A DNA stretch of 64,000 nucleotides, from the NCBI GenBank assembly GCA_036986155.1, contig BTRA01000002.1:2119-66118 (forward strand). The letters run 5' to 3'. How positions within the stretch are numbered: position 1 is the stretch's first letter; each line of letters begins with the position of its first letter. The notes below the pieces were generated by a model. That model searched no databases and was not told the DNA's origin. It worked only from the letters and a program-made list of their open reading frames with translations. This document shows positions 48,581 to 58,108 of the stretch, piece after piece. A program made the position numbers and the translations under genes. This stretch comes from Gemmatimonadota bacterium. GTDB lineage: Bacteria > Gemmatimonadota > Gemmatimonadetes > Longimicrobiales > Gaopeijiaceae.

Positions 48581-49529
48581 CCGCCCCCGTGAGCTGATGT
48601 CGGCGGACGTTCAGTGGGGACTGGCCCAGCCCCAGAAACAAATCTCGTCCAAGTATTTTTACGATACGAAGGGCTCCGAGTTGTTCGAGGAGATCACTCG
48701 GCTGCCCGAGTACTACCCGACGCGTACGGAGCGCGAGCTTCTACTGACCCACGCGGTTGGGTGGCTCGAGGTGATCTGCCCGGTGACGCTGGTGGAGCTC
48801 GGGGCCGGAAGCGCCCGGAAGACCCGTATTCTGCTCAACGCCATGCACGCCGCGGATTCACAAGCCTGGTACGTGCCGGTGGACGTCGCGGGAGACTTCA
48901 TCCATGCTACCGCAGGCGAACTTCGCACCGAGTACCCATCACTCGAGGTACACCCGGTCGTGCAGGACATCGCAGACCCGCTCCACTTCGCTGCCGATCT
49001 CCGGCGACCTGTTCTGTTCGCCCTCCTCGGGAGCACGATTGGGAACTTCGAGCGGGATGCCGCCGTGGACATGCTCTCCAACGTGCGACGGGCGATGTCG
49101 GCAGGGGATCACTTTTTGTTGGGAGCGGACCTTCAGCCCGGGCCGAGGAAGTCGACCGAGCGTCTGACGGCGGCCTACAATGATTCGGCCGGGGTGACGG
49201 CGGCGTTCAATCTGAACATCCTCACGGTCATCAATCGTGGTATCGGCACGGACTTCGACCCGGACTGTTTCTCTCATCGAGCCGGCTACGACACTGACGA
49301 GGGCCGGATCGAAATGCATCTCCTTTCATGTTCGGACCAGGAGGTGCACTTTCCGAGCGGAGAGGCGGTCCGAATCGGTAAGGGCGAGACGATCCGAACG
49401 GAAATCAGTTGCAAGTACGATCTGCCAACAATTGAGGCGTTGTTCGGGGCGGCCGGATTGTCGGTAGATCGGTGGTTCCAGGATCCCGATGGACTCTATG
49501 CGTTGGCGGTAGGGAAGCCCGAGTCCTGA
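48573..49529 (+). CDS. egtD: L-histidine N-alpha-methyltransferase
   Basis: Blocks YFYDTKGSELFEEITRLPEYYPTRTE and VELGAGSARKT are present. An 8-nt overlap with egtB (ATGACTGA) indicates coupling. Confidence 0.88.
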   Translation: MTDRPRELMSADVQWGLAQPQKQISSKYFYDTKGSELFEEITRLPEYYPTRTERELLLTHAVGWLEVICPVTLVELGAGSARKTRILLNAMHAADSQAWYVPVDVAGDFIHATAGELRTEYPSLEVHPVVQDIADPLHFAADLRRPVLFALLGSTIGNFERDAAVDMLSNVRRAMSAGDHFLLGADLQPGPRKSTERLTAAYNDSAGVTAAFNLNILTVINRGIGTDFDPDCFSHRAGYDTDEGRIEMHLLSCSDQEVHFPSGEAVRIGKGETIRTEISCKYDLPTIEALFGAAGLSVDRWFQDPDGLYALAVGKPES

Positions 49530-49539
49530 TCCTCCTTAC

Positions 49540-50325
49540 CTAGAAAGTGCTCAAAGCACGTATCGTAACATCTTTGTCTGTAATAAGTTCCACGACATGA
49601 TGATGGGCCACCTCCTGCCATTCCGTGCTCTTGTCGAGAGGCTCCGAAGCCACCAAGGTGCCAGGTGCCAGCAGGGAGGAGGCCTCCGCCAGGTATAGCG
49701 AATTGCTCCGGTCGAGCGATCCGGTCCGGGTAATTGCGGCGGACTCTCCATCCGTGAGTGCCATGTTGAGTTGTGCGTCCAGTCCCTCTCGATTGACGGT
49801 GTCGATGGTGGTTCGTGCAACCGCCGCGAGGGCCGCACTGAGCGAGAGCCCACGCTCGAGTGCTCCCAGTGCCATCAGAAAGAGTGTTTCCGTATCGCTG
49901 GTCCCTTGAATCTCGCCATATAGCGGGTCGGGCACGTCGCGCCGGAGTTCCCGCATGAAGCGGGCCCGAAACTCTCTCACGTAGCCATTCAACGTGAAGG
50001 TCCATCGATCCAGGATCATCGGAGCGACCTCTGCGAGACCGTACGGCATGCCGGGCGAGGCATTCCTGACCCCCGCAACGGCCATGGTCGAGCGTACGGT
50101 TCCCAGCATTTGTTCGAGATCCTGGTTCTGCCAAACCGGGCGGTCGTCCGCAACCCGAACCGGCCGTCCTTCGTGGTACCAAGCGACCGCATAGCCGTCC
50201 GCGTTGAGGGAGCCGTCCATCAGCTCCTTTGGACGAAAGCTCTGATCATGGAGCGAATGCTCGCCACCGTACATCACGGGCGCTACGGGCGCTCGTTCTC
50301 CGGCGTACACCACTATGCGGCACAT
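49540..50325 (-). CDS. egtC: Class II (Ntn) glutamine amidotransferase-like amidohydrolase, EgtC-type
   Basis: MCRIVVYAGE places the nucleophile Cys at position 2. The gene is convergent with egtD across a 10-bp gap. Its ATG directly follows the upstream gene's TGA. Confidence 0.8.
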   Translation of the reverse strand: MCRIVVYAGERAPVAPVMYGGEHSLHDQSFRPKELMDGSLNADGYAVAWYHEGRPVRVADDRPVWQNQDLEQMLGTVRSTMAVAGVRNASPGMPYGLAEVAPMILDRWTFTLNGYVREFRARFMRELRRDVPDPLYGEIQGTSDTETLFLMALGALERGLSLSAALAAVARTTIDTVNREGLDAQLNMALTDGESAAITRTGSLDRSNSLYLAEASSLLAPGTLVASEPLDKSTEWQEVAHHHVVELITDKDVTIRALSTF

Positions 50326-51303
50326 TCAGGTCTCCAGCCCATCTTCGTGCGTCAGGAGCGAAGCCAGCTCGGCGGTGCCGACGTTTCCTCCACTCAGGAT
50401 AGCGACCACCGGACCCCGATCGGTGGGAATGCGTCCGGAGAGCAACGCCGCCACGGCGGCCGCTCCCGCGGGCTCGACCAGGAGCTTCGTCCGGGTCAGG
50501 ATGAGGCTGAGCGCCTCTCGGATCTCGTCATCGGTAACGAGCACGATGTCTTCCGCCAGCTCGCTCAGGATCGCGAACGTCAGGTCACCTGCCATTGGTG
50601 GCGCGAGACCGTCGGCTATCGTGTCTACACGGTCGAGCCTCGCGGGGGACCCTTGATCGAAGCTCCTCCGCATCGCGCAGGCGCCCTCGGGCTCCACGCC
50701 GTAGAGTCTCGCCTCCGTTCCGGTCGCCGCCAGCCCGAGGGCGATCCCGGAGGCAAGGCCACCCCCGCCTACGGGCACTACCACGATCGCCAAATCTGGA
50801 AGCTCCTCCACGATTTCGAGTCCGGTGGTCCCTTGACCCGCGATCACCAATGGATCGTCGAAGGGGTGCACGAAGGTCAGTGCCCTCTGCTCCGCCAGGT
50901 CATGACATTTCTCAAAGGCCTCGTGCACGTTGCCGTGGATCACGACCTCGGCCCCGTAGGATCGACTGGCTTCGACCTTCGCTCGGCTCGCGCCGTCGGG
51001 CATCACCACGGTGGCCCGCGCACCCGTTTCACCAGCGGCCCACGCCACGGCTTGGGCATGATTACCCGCGGAAACAGTCACGACCCCTCGCTCCCGGGCC
51101 TCGCGGTCGAGCAGCAACAACTGATTCAACGCTCCCCTCACTTTGAAGGATCCCGTCTTCTGGAGGTTCTCGCACTTGAGATAGAGCGGAGCCCCGATCC
51201 GGTCGCTCATGCTCCGCGTGCCCACAAGCGGTGTGCGGTGCACACGCTGGGCGATTCGCGCTGCGGCGGCTGAGACGAGATTCGGGTCTGGGAGCGTGGA
51301 CAC
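50326..51303 (-). CDS. Fold-type II PLP enzyme, threonine/serine dehydratase-like (no ACT domain)
   Basis: KCENLQKTGSFKVRGA carries the PLP lysine, and the G-rich loop PVGGGGLASG is present. GTG 51303 is preceded by AAGAGGAA. The track ORF extends to 51417. Confidence 0.85.
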   Translation of the reverse strand: MSTLPDPNLVSAAAARIAQRVHRTPLVGTRSMSDRIGAPLYLKCENLQKTGSFKVRGALNQLLLLDREARERGVVTVSAGNHAQAVAWAAGETGARATVVMPDGASRAKVEASRSYGAEVVIHGNVHEAFEKCHDLAEQRALTFVHPFDDPLVIAGQGTTGLEIVEELPDLAIVVVPVGGGGLASGIALGLAATGTEARLYGVEPEGACAMRRSFDQGSPARLDRVDTIADGLAPPMAGDLTFAILSELAEDIVLVTDDEIREALSLILTRTKLLVEPAGAAAVAALLSGRIPTDRGPVVAILSGGNVGTAELASLLTHEDGLET

Positions 51304-51589
51304 GCGGCTCGGTTCCTCTTTGTGTGGAGGCGTTTTCAGTGTTCGCCGGAGTTCGGCGCCCACATTACACCGTGCGAAGGATCGGCGAAACCTGCAGTTC
51401 GAGGGAATGAATAACATTGCAGGGGAGAAATCAGACGTATACTTTGGCCACGGAGCGGTTGATAGCGCTCATGTCCACGTCCAACCGTCCAGAACCGGAT
51501 ACGGGATGCGGCGGGGATCCAACCTAGACGAACGCATGGAGCGCCCTACCGTTTTCGACATCCACAGACTCGAATCGAAAGGCCATTCA

Positions 51590-54442
51590 ATGCGAAGCAA
51601 GCTTTGTTTGAGCACACTCGGTGGGTTCCTTCTGCTCACCATTCTCTCGGTGCCGGCTTTCGCCCAGACCGGGACGCTCACGGGCACCATCACGGACGCC
51701 GAAAGCTCCGCTCCGCTTGCGGGAGTCAGTGTCGAAGTCCTAGGAGGGGGCGGACAGGCGCTCAGCAATCCATCAGGCCAGTTCCGCTTGAGCGTGCCGG
51801 CGGGCACCCACACGGTCGTGGTCTCGAACCTCGGTTACCGGGAAGCCTCATATGACATCAGGGTGACATCCGGGGCCACCACGACGCTCGACGTCGTGTT
51901 GACCTCCAACGTGTTCCTGCTGGATGGTATCACGGTAACTGGGGGAAGACGGCCGCAGAAGGCGACGGAGTCCACCAACACGACGATTACGATCGGTGAG
52001 GTCGAGATCGCCGAACGTCCGACCACGACGCCTGTGGACCATCTTCGCGGGACGCCGGGCGTGGACATCATCACCCAGGGGGTTCAGTCCACCAATGTGG
52101 TGCTCCGTGGATTCAACAACATCTTCTCGGGCGCCCTCCACGCTCTCACGGACTATCGCCTCGCAGGAGTGCCGTCCCTGCGCGTGAACCTGCTCCACTT
52201 TGTGCCCTCCACCAACGAAGACCTCGAGCGGATCGAGGTCGTGCTGGGGGCGGGGGCGGCGCTCTACGGGCCGAATACGTCCAACGGCGTGCTCCACATG
52301 CTGACCAAATCTCCGCTGAAAAACCCGAAGACGACGGTGTGGCTCGGTGGTGGCGAACGGTCGGTGTTCGAGGCGGGTATCAGGACGTCGCATCTTATCG
52401 GGGAGAACTTCGGCTTCAAATTCTCCGGGGAGTACATCAGGGGTGAGGACTTCGCATTCAACGATCCGACCGAGGACAGTTTCCGCGCCCTCGCAGATTC
52501 GGATCCCGGCGCGTTCAAGGCGGAACTCCTGGCGCGGGGTGTCAGCCTTGAAGACGCCAACATAGCCCTTTCTCGGGTAGGAATCCGGGACAATAGCTTC
52601 GAGCGGTTCAGCGGAGAGGTTCGGGCGGATTGGCAGTTCGCTGAAGACGGCACGTTGGTGGTGCAGAGCGGCCGAACCAGCGCATCCGGCGTCGAACTCA
52701 CCGGACTGGGGGCGGGTCAGACGGAGGACTGGATCTACTCGTACTACCAGGCTCGGCTCAACAAAGGTCGTTTCTTTACTCAGGTGTATCTCAACACCAC
52801 CGATTCGGGCAACAGCTTTCTGCTCCGGGATGGGGCCCCCTTGGTCGACAAGTCTAGACTCTTCGTGGCTCAGATCCAACACGGATTCGCGACGGACGAC
52901 GGGCGTTTCGATCTGACCTATGGGGTGGACTATTTCCATACCGATCCCCGAACGGCCGGCACGATCAACGGCATCAACGACTCCGATGACACGATCGATG
53001 AGCTCGGAGCGTATGCTCAGGCGGAAGCGGGCGTGACCGACAAGTTGAAGCTGATTGTGGCCGGCAGGTGGGACAAGCACTCGGAACTCAACGACAACGA
53101 CTTCTTGGGGACGGACGGCGACGTCTTTTCGCCCCGTGTCGCACTCGTGTTCACCCCGGCGGAAAACCAGAGCTTCCGGGCCAGCTTCAACCGCTCTTTC
53201 TCGACTCCCACGACGCTGAATTTCTTCCTGGACATTTCGGCGGGCCGCTTCCCGAATCCCGCACTGGCGGCGTTGGGATACCGGCTGCGAGCGCAGGGGC
53301 CCAACAACGGGTTCAGTTTCCAGAATTCCAACGGATCGCTGGTAGGCATGCGTTCACCCTTCAATCCGGGCGGCCCGGGCCAGCTGTTGCCGGCCTCTAC
53401 CCCTGTTCTCTGGCAGCTGGCTATGGGAGTGCTCGCGGCCCAGGCGCCGCCGTCGTTACAGCCCCTTCTACCACTTCTGGCCAGTCTACAACCGAGCGAC
53501 TCGGACATCGGGATCATGCTGCTGAACTTGAACGACCCGAATAACCCGACGCCATTGCGTCCTGGCGCCATTCCGGATATCGGCAAGTTGAAGGAGAGCA
53601 CCTCGACGACTCTCGAGCTCGGTTACCAGGGCGTGCTCAACAATTCTCTCTTGATTGCGGCGGATGTCTGGTACTCGAAGAAGAGAGACTTCGTCTCACC
53701 GCTCACGCTCGTCACCCCCCTGATCCTGTTGAACGGGCAGGATATCGCGGCGTTCATCGGACCGTTCGTCGTACCGGCGCTCCTCGCCCAAGGTCTCGAC
53801 CTTGCCACGGCCACGGCGACAGTGGGACAGATCGCCACTACCATGGCGACGGTTCCGCTCGGAGCGGTGTCGTCGCCCGGAGTGGACGCCTCCGGCGCCG
53901 ACCTGCTTGTGACCTACGTGAACGCGGGTACCGTAGACATGTACGGCGCCGACCTCGCGATCAAGTGGTTCGTGACCGACCAGTGGACTGTCGGGGGGAG
54001 CGCCTCGTGGGTCAGCGACGATTTCTTCGCTGATAAGGCGTTTGCCGCTCAGCATGGACTCGATGTGGAGGTCGAGAACGGGATCGCCCCGATCGCACTG
54101 AACGCGCCCGACTTCAAGGGGAGCGCCTCGCTCGGTTACCGCGATGTCCGCAGCGGATTCAACGCGGAGGCTCGCGTGCGCTTCCAGTCGGGCTTCCCAG
54201 CCATTTCCGCGGGCTTCGTCGGCACGGCCTGTCTCACGGGGGGAAACGGAGCCGTGAACGAAGAGTCGTGCGTGGATAGCTATCAGATTGTCGACCTGAC
54301 GGTGGGGTACAAGGTTCCCAACAGTCAAGCCACGCTTCAACTCACCGTCAGCAACCTGCTCGATACGGGCTACCGGAGCTTTGTCGGCGTGCCGAACATC
54401 GGCCGCGTGCTCATGGCGCGCGTCAAGTACGACGTTTTCTAA
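51590..54442 (+). CDS. TonB-dependent receptor with an N-terminal CarboxypepD_reg domain
   Basis: ATG 51590 opens a signal peptide (...SVPAFAQ). A CarboxypepD_reg-like domain follows (GTLTGTITDAESSAPLAGVSVEV), then a plug domain and a long barrel ending in ...KYDVF. Confidence 0.9.
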   Translation: MRSKLCLSTLGGFLLLTILSVPAFAQTGTLTGTITDAESSAPLAGVSVEVLGGGGQALSNPSGQFRLSVPAGTHTVVVSNLGYREASYDIRVTSGATTTLDVVLTSNVFLLDGITVTGGRRPQKATESTNTTITIGEVEIAERPTTTPVDHLRGTPGVDIITQGVQSTNVVLRGFNNIFSGALHALTDYRLAGVPSLRVNLLHFVPSTNEDLERIEVVLGAGAALYGPNTSNGVLHMLTKSPLKNPKTTVWLGGGERSVFEAGIRTSHLIGENFGFKFSGEYIRGEDFAFNDPTEDSFRALADSDPGAFKAELLARGVSLEDANIALSRVGIRDNSFERFSGEVRADWQFAEDGTLVVQSGRTSASGVELTGLGAGQTEDWIYSYYQARLNKGRFFTQVYLNTTDSGNSFLLRDGAPLVDKSRLFVAQIQHGFATDDGRFDLTYGVDYFHTDPRTAGTINGINDSDDTIDELGAYAQAEAGVTDKLKLIVAGRWDKHSELNDNDFLGTDGDVFSPRVALVFTPAENQSFRASFNRSFSTPTTLNFFLDISAGRFPNPALAALGYRLRAQGPNNGFSFQNSNGSLVGMRSPFNPGGPGQLLPASTPVLWQLAMGVLAAQAPPSLQPLLPLLASLQPSDSDIGIMLLNLNDPNNPTPLRPGAIPDIGKLKESTSTTLELGYQGVLNNSLLIAADVWYSKKRDFVSPLTLVTPLILLNGQDIAAFIGPFVVPALLAQGLDLATATATVGQIATTMATVPLGAVSSPGVDASGADLLVTYVNAGTVDMYGADLAIKWFVTDQWTVGGSASWVSDDFFADKAFAAQHGLDVEVENGIAPIALNAPDFKGSASLGYRDVRSGFNAEARVRFQSGFPAISAGFVGTACLTGGNGAVNEESCVDSYQIVDLTVGYKVPNSQATLQLTVSNLLDTGYRSFVGVPNIGRVLMARVKYDVF

Positions 54443-54495
54443 GGACTGCTGCCGTAGGCGTGTCGGCTGCGAATTGGAGTTTCAAGGGGATGAGT

Positions 54496-54524
54496 CGGGG
54501 CTCGGGATTTCTTCCCGAGCCCCG
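54496..54524 (+). terminator. Intrinsic terminator-like hairpin after the TonB-dependent receptor gene
   Basis: CGGGGCTCGGGA-TTTCT-TCCCGAGCCCCG: a perfect 12-bp stem, followed by TTCGTAT. Confidence 0.65.
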
Positions 54525-54679
54525 TTCGTATGGCGGCCTGCCCGACCTCTCGCTAGGATCTCGGGATCCGTGAAGCAACCACACGGATTGTGTGCAGGAA
54601 CCCAAGGGAGTCGTGTCGCAGCGTGAGCTTCGACGCGACGTCCCTCAAGGAGTCGGTAGACGTTGCAGTGGAAGGGGGA

Positions 54680-55138
54680 ATGGTGGGAAAACAAACAAGA
54701 CAAGTGACGATCCTCGAGCTCATCAAGGAACATCGAGTCGGCAGCCAGGAAGCTCTCCGAGAGCGTTTGCAGCATCGTGGGATCAATGTGACCCAGGCGA
54801 CCCTGTCTCGGGACATACGGGAACTCCGTGTGGTAAAGGTGCAGGACGCAGAGGGCACGCCCAGATATCGGAAGCGGGAAGAGTGGGAGCACGCGCCGCC
54901 ACTCCCGACCCTGCTTCCCCTGTTGTTCCTCTCTGCGGAGGGGACGGATAACCTGCTGGTGGTGAGAACGACCTACGGCGGAGCCAAGGCGGTCGCCATC
55001 GCGATTGATAGCGAAGAGTGGCCAGAGGTGCTGGGCACCATAGCCGGCGATGACACGATTTTATTGATTCTCAAGAATGACGACGACATGCCCGTGGTAG
55101 AGTGCCGGCTGTCCGAACTCGCAGGAAATCCGTGCTGA
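54680..55138 (+). CDS. argR: Arginine repressor
   Basis: ATG 54680 follows GAAGGGGG. The winged-helix N-terminus (ILELIKEHRVGSQEALRERLQHRGINVTQATLSRDIREL) and the C-terminal oligomerisation domain (GTIAGDDTILLI) are present. Confidence 0.9.
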   Translation: MVGKQTRQVTILELIKEHRVGSQEALRERLQHRGINVTQATLSRDIRELRVVKVQDAEGTPRYRKREEWEHAPPLPTLLPLLFLSAEGTDNLLVVRTTYGGAKAVAIAIDSEEWPEVLGTIAGDDTILLILKNDDDMPVVECRLSELAGNPC

Positions 55139-55245
55139 ATCGGAGGCCGTCCCTCGACCCTAAAAAAGCATGCGGAGGTGCGGTATTGTTCTGTATTGAC
55201 GCGGGTTGACAAGGGGTCGGGTTTATCGTATTCATTTCTATAGAC

Positions 55246-55284
55246 ATACAATAAATATTCGGTTTGACTGAATATTTTGGATTT
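55246..55284 (+). promoter_or_regulatory. Two tandem ARG-box-like 18-mers separated by 3 bp (candidate ArgR operator), inside an AT-rich island
   Basis: ATACAATAAATATTCGGT (55246-55263) matches 13 of 16 specified positions of WNTGAATWWWWATTCANW by hand count. ACTGAATATTTTGGATTT (55267-55284) matches 11 of 16. A TTGACA (55206-55211) lies upstream, with TATTCA (55229-55234) at a 17-nt spacing. Confidence 0.5.
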
Positions 55285-55338
55285 AGTGTCGGGACCGGGA
55301 GTGGGAGTCAAGACGGCTCGTCCGTCACCAGCGCTTTG

Positions 55339-55381
55339 GCGGGAAGTGGCTGGTTCCTGCTCCCGTCCCGCGCTTTTTTTT
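55339..55381 (+). terminator. GC-rich hairpin followed by T8: a terminator or attenuator-like element between the ARG boxes and argG
   Basis: GCGGGA (55339-55344) pairs with TCCCGC (55366-55371), followed by a T8 run at 55374-55381. An extended -10-like TGCTATGAT (55383-55391) follows immediately. Confidence 0.4.
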
Positions 55382-55427
55382 GTGCTATGATCTCGCCTGA
55401 TTCCTTAACCGCCTAGGGGCACCGCCG

Positions 55428-56681
55428 ATGGCACTCAAAGTTGTTCTCGGATACTCCGGTGGGCTCGACACCTCTGTCGTCGTGCCGTGGCTCCGCGAGA
55501 ATTACGACGCCGAAGTCATATGTGTGGCGGCCGACGTTGGACAGCCGGGAGGGCTCGAGGGCCTGGCAGAACGGGCAGAGGCTACAGGTGCGTCTCGGTT
55601 CTTCGGGGAAGATCTCAAACGAGAGTTCGTCGAGGAATTCGTCTGGCCCACGTTGCGCTCCGGGGCGGTTTACGGCCGCAAGTATCTGCTGGGAACCTCC
55701 ATGGCGCGGCCTATCATCGCCCGCCGCATGGTCGAGATCGCGCGTTCGCTCGATGCCGATGCCCTCGCCCACGGTTGCACCGGAAAGGGTAACGACCAGG
55801 TCCGGTTCGAGCTCACCTTCATCGCACTGGCTCCCGACTTGAAAGTCATCGCTCCGTGGAGAGAGTGGGATCTTCACTCACGGGAGGAGGCCCTGGTCTA
55901 CGCCCAGGAGCGAAACATCCCGATGGATGGGGTCGATGCAAGCAAGCTCTACTCTCGGGATGAGAACCTATGGCACATCTCTCACGAAGGGGGCCCGCTC
56001 GAGGATCCGGCTTACGAACCTGATGAATCGGTCTACATGTGGACGCTCTCGCCCGAGTTGGCTCCGGACAAGCCCGAGTACGTTGAGATCGGTTTCGAGG
56101 AGGGCACGCCGGTCTCGGTGAATGGCGCCCACCTCGGCGCGGTGGCTCTCCTCACCACCTTGAATTCAATCGGGTCGCAACACGGCGTCGGCCGTATCGA
56201 TCTCGTGGAAGATCGCCTGGTGGGCATGAAGTCACGAGGATTATACGAGACGCCGGGTGGAACGATCCTCTACACCGCGCTACGAGAACTCGAGCAACTG
56301 ACGCTCGATAGGAGGGCGCTCGCCATGAAGGACGCCCTCGCGGCGCGTTACGCCGACCTCGTCTACGAAGGGTGGTGGTGGACGCCGGAACGCGAGGCGC
56401 TCGACGCGTTCGGGAATGTCCTCATGCGCACGGTCACCGGATCGGTTCGCGTCAAGCTCTACAAGGGGTCCGCGAGCGTCGTCTCTCGAACCAGCCCTCA
56501 CTCGCTGTATGATCTAGGCCTCGCCTCGTTCGGAGAGTCGGACACCTACGACCACGGGGATGCGGCTGGATTCATCAAGCTATTCGGCTTGCCGGCCCGT
56601 GTGGGTGGGGATCGCGATCGGGCCTCGGAGAACGCGCGCGAGCGGGTCAGGGAGTTGCTCGACGCTTCGGTGGGTCGGTAG
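55428..56681 (+). CDS. argG: Argininosuccinate synthase
   Basis: AYSGGLDTS-type motif ([10 protein letters not shown]), [14 protein letters not shown], and full length at 417 aa. Confidence 0.97.
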   Translation: MALKVVLGYSGGLDTSVVVPWLRENYDAEVICVAADVGQPGGLEGLAERAEATGASRFFGEDLKREFVEEFVWPTLRSGAVYGRKYLLGTSMARPIIARRMVEIARSLDADALAHGCTGKGNDQVRFELTFIALAPDLKVIAPWREWDLHSREEALVYAQERNIPMDGVDASKLYSRDENLWHISHEGGPLEDPAYEPDESVYMWTLSPELAPDKPEYVEIGFEEGTPVSVNGAHLGAVALLTTLNSIGSQHGVGRIDLVEDRLVGMKSRGLYETPGGTILYTALRELEQLTLDRRALAMKDALAARYADLVYEGWWWTPEREALDAFGNVLMRTVTGSVRVKLYKGSASVVSRTSPHSLYDLGLASFGESDTYDHGDAAGFIKLFGLPARVGGDRDRASENARERVRELLDASVGR

Positions 56682-56685
56682 GCCG

Positions 56686-58068
56686 GTGCACGGACCGGAA
56701 CGACCCTTGTGGGGCGGTCGTATCGAAGGTCGCTTGGCCGACGAAATGGTTCCTCTGAACGACAGCCTCAGCGTGGATTACCGCCTCTGGGAGCATGATA
56801 TCAGGGGAAGCCAGGCGTGGGCACGCGAACTCGGCCGTGCCGGAGTGATTCCACAAGATGAGGCCGAGACAGTGGTGTCCGGCCTCGATGCGGTAGCGGA
56901 GCGCCTCGCCGCAGAGGGAGTGAGCGGCCACACCGACGAGGACATCCATTCCCTCGTGGAACGTCTGTTGCACGAGGAAATCGGTGAGGTGGCCGGCAAG
57001 CTTCACACAGGCCGGTCCCGAAACGACCAAGTGGCCACCGATTTGCGACTGTGGGGAATGGAAGCCGCGGGCGTTCTGGATGACTCACTGAACGGAGTGC
57101 TTGGGGGACTCCTCTCTCTGGCCGGCAAATCGATCGACCTGATCATGCCCGGCTACACTCACCTTCAGCGGGCCCAGCCGGTTCGGGCGGCGCACTGGGC
57201 ACTCTCTCACTTCTGGCCACTCATGCGGGACCGTGATCGCCTGCGCCAAGCCCGCGAGAGAGCGTCTTCGCTCCCGCTGGGGTCCGGGGCGTTGGCCGGA
57301 TGTCCTTTTCCCATCGATCGGGCTCGGCTTCGGGAGGACCTCGGTTTCGACCGGCTGTCGGAAAACAGCATGGATGCGGTCAGTGATCGTGACTGGGTGG
57401 TCGACTATGTGTTCGGTGCGGGCATGATCGGAACGCACATGTCCCGGCTCTGCGAGGACATTGTGCTCTTCAGTAGCCGCGAGTTCGGTTACTTGAGGCT
57501 AGGGGATGGGTTTTCCACGGGATCGAGCCTCATGCCACAGAAGAGAAACCCGGACGTAGCCGAACTGGCACGCGGCAAGGCCGGCCGACTCATAGGAAAT
57601 ATCACGGCGCTCCTGACGGCTATCAAAGGACTCCCCACCGGCTACAACCGAGATCTCCAGGACGACAAGTCGATTCTATTCGACTCGGTCGACACGCTCC
57701 TTCTCGTCCTTCCCGCCCTAACAGGCACGTTGGCCGACGTGGAATTCCAACCCGACAACATCGCCGCCCAACTCGATTGGCAGCTCCTGGCCACCGACCT
57801 TGCCGACTTTCTGGTCAAGAAGGGAGTGCCGTTTCGTAAGGCGCACGACGCGGTTGCAAGCCTCGTGCTCACGGCCGAGCGAGAGGGGAAAGCCGTGCGA
57901 GAACTCTCGGAGGACGCCCTTCGGGAGGCCCACCCGGATTTCTCACTCGACGTAATTGTGGATCTGACGTGGGAGGCCTCCGTCGAAGCCCGCGCATCGG
58001 CGGGCGGCACGGCGAGGAGTGCCATCCAGACTCAACTGGCGACTGCGCAGGCCGCGCTCATCGGTTGA
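56686..58068 (+). CDS. argH: Argininosuccinate lyase
   Basis: LWGGRI at the N-terminus, the fumarate-lyase signature GSSLMPQKRNP, and a GTG start just after the argG stop. Confidence 0.95.
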   Translation: MHGPERPLWGGRIEGRLADEMVPLNDSLSVDYRLWEHDIRGSQAWARELGRAGVIPQDEAETVVSGLDAVAERLAAEGVSGHTDEDIHSLVERLLHEEIGEVAGKLHTGRSRNDQVATDLRLWGMEAAGVLDDSLNGVLGGLLSLAGKSIDLIMPGYTHLQRAQPVRAAHWALSHFWPLMRDRDRLRQARERASSLPLGSGALAGCPFPIDRARLREDLGFDRLSENSMDAVSDRDWVVDYVFGAGMIGTHMSRLCEDIVLFSSREFGYLRLGDGFSTGSSLMPQKRNPDVAELARGKAGRLIGNITALLTAIKGLPTGYNRDLQDDKSILFDSVDTLLLVLPALTGTLADVEFQPDNIAAQLDWQLLATDLADFLVKKGVPFRKAHDAVASLVLTAEREGKAVRELSEDALREAHPDFSLDVIVDLTWEASVEARASAGGTARSAIQTQLATAQAALIG

Positions 58069-58108
58069 CCCGACTCGAAGGGCTGCGGCAGACGGCGCAT
58101 CTGCCGGT

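Noticed and set aside
51304-51589. Possible cobalamin or TPP riboswitch upstream of the TonB-dependent receptor.
   Set aside because: I could find no B12 box (AGYCMGGAGACCKGCC-like) and no TPP CUGAGA/ACCUGA core by eye. An Infernal scan would be needed to exclude one fully.
55286-55427. Arg-codon-rich leader peptide upstream of argG, by analogy with the aroF leader.
   Set aside because: The only in-frame candidate (GTG 55286...) has no RBS, is not enriched in Arg codons and runs through the terminator-like hairpin.
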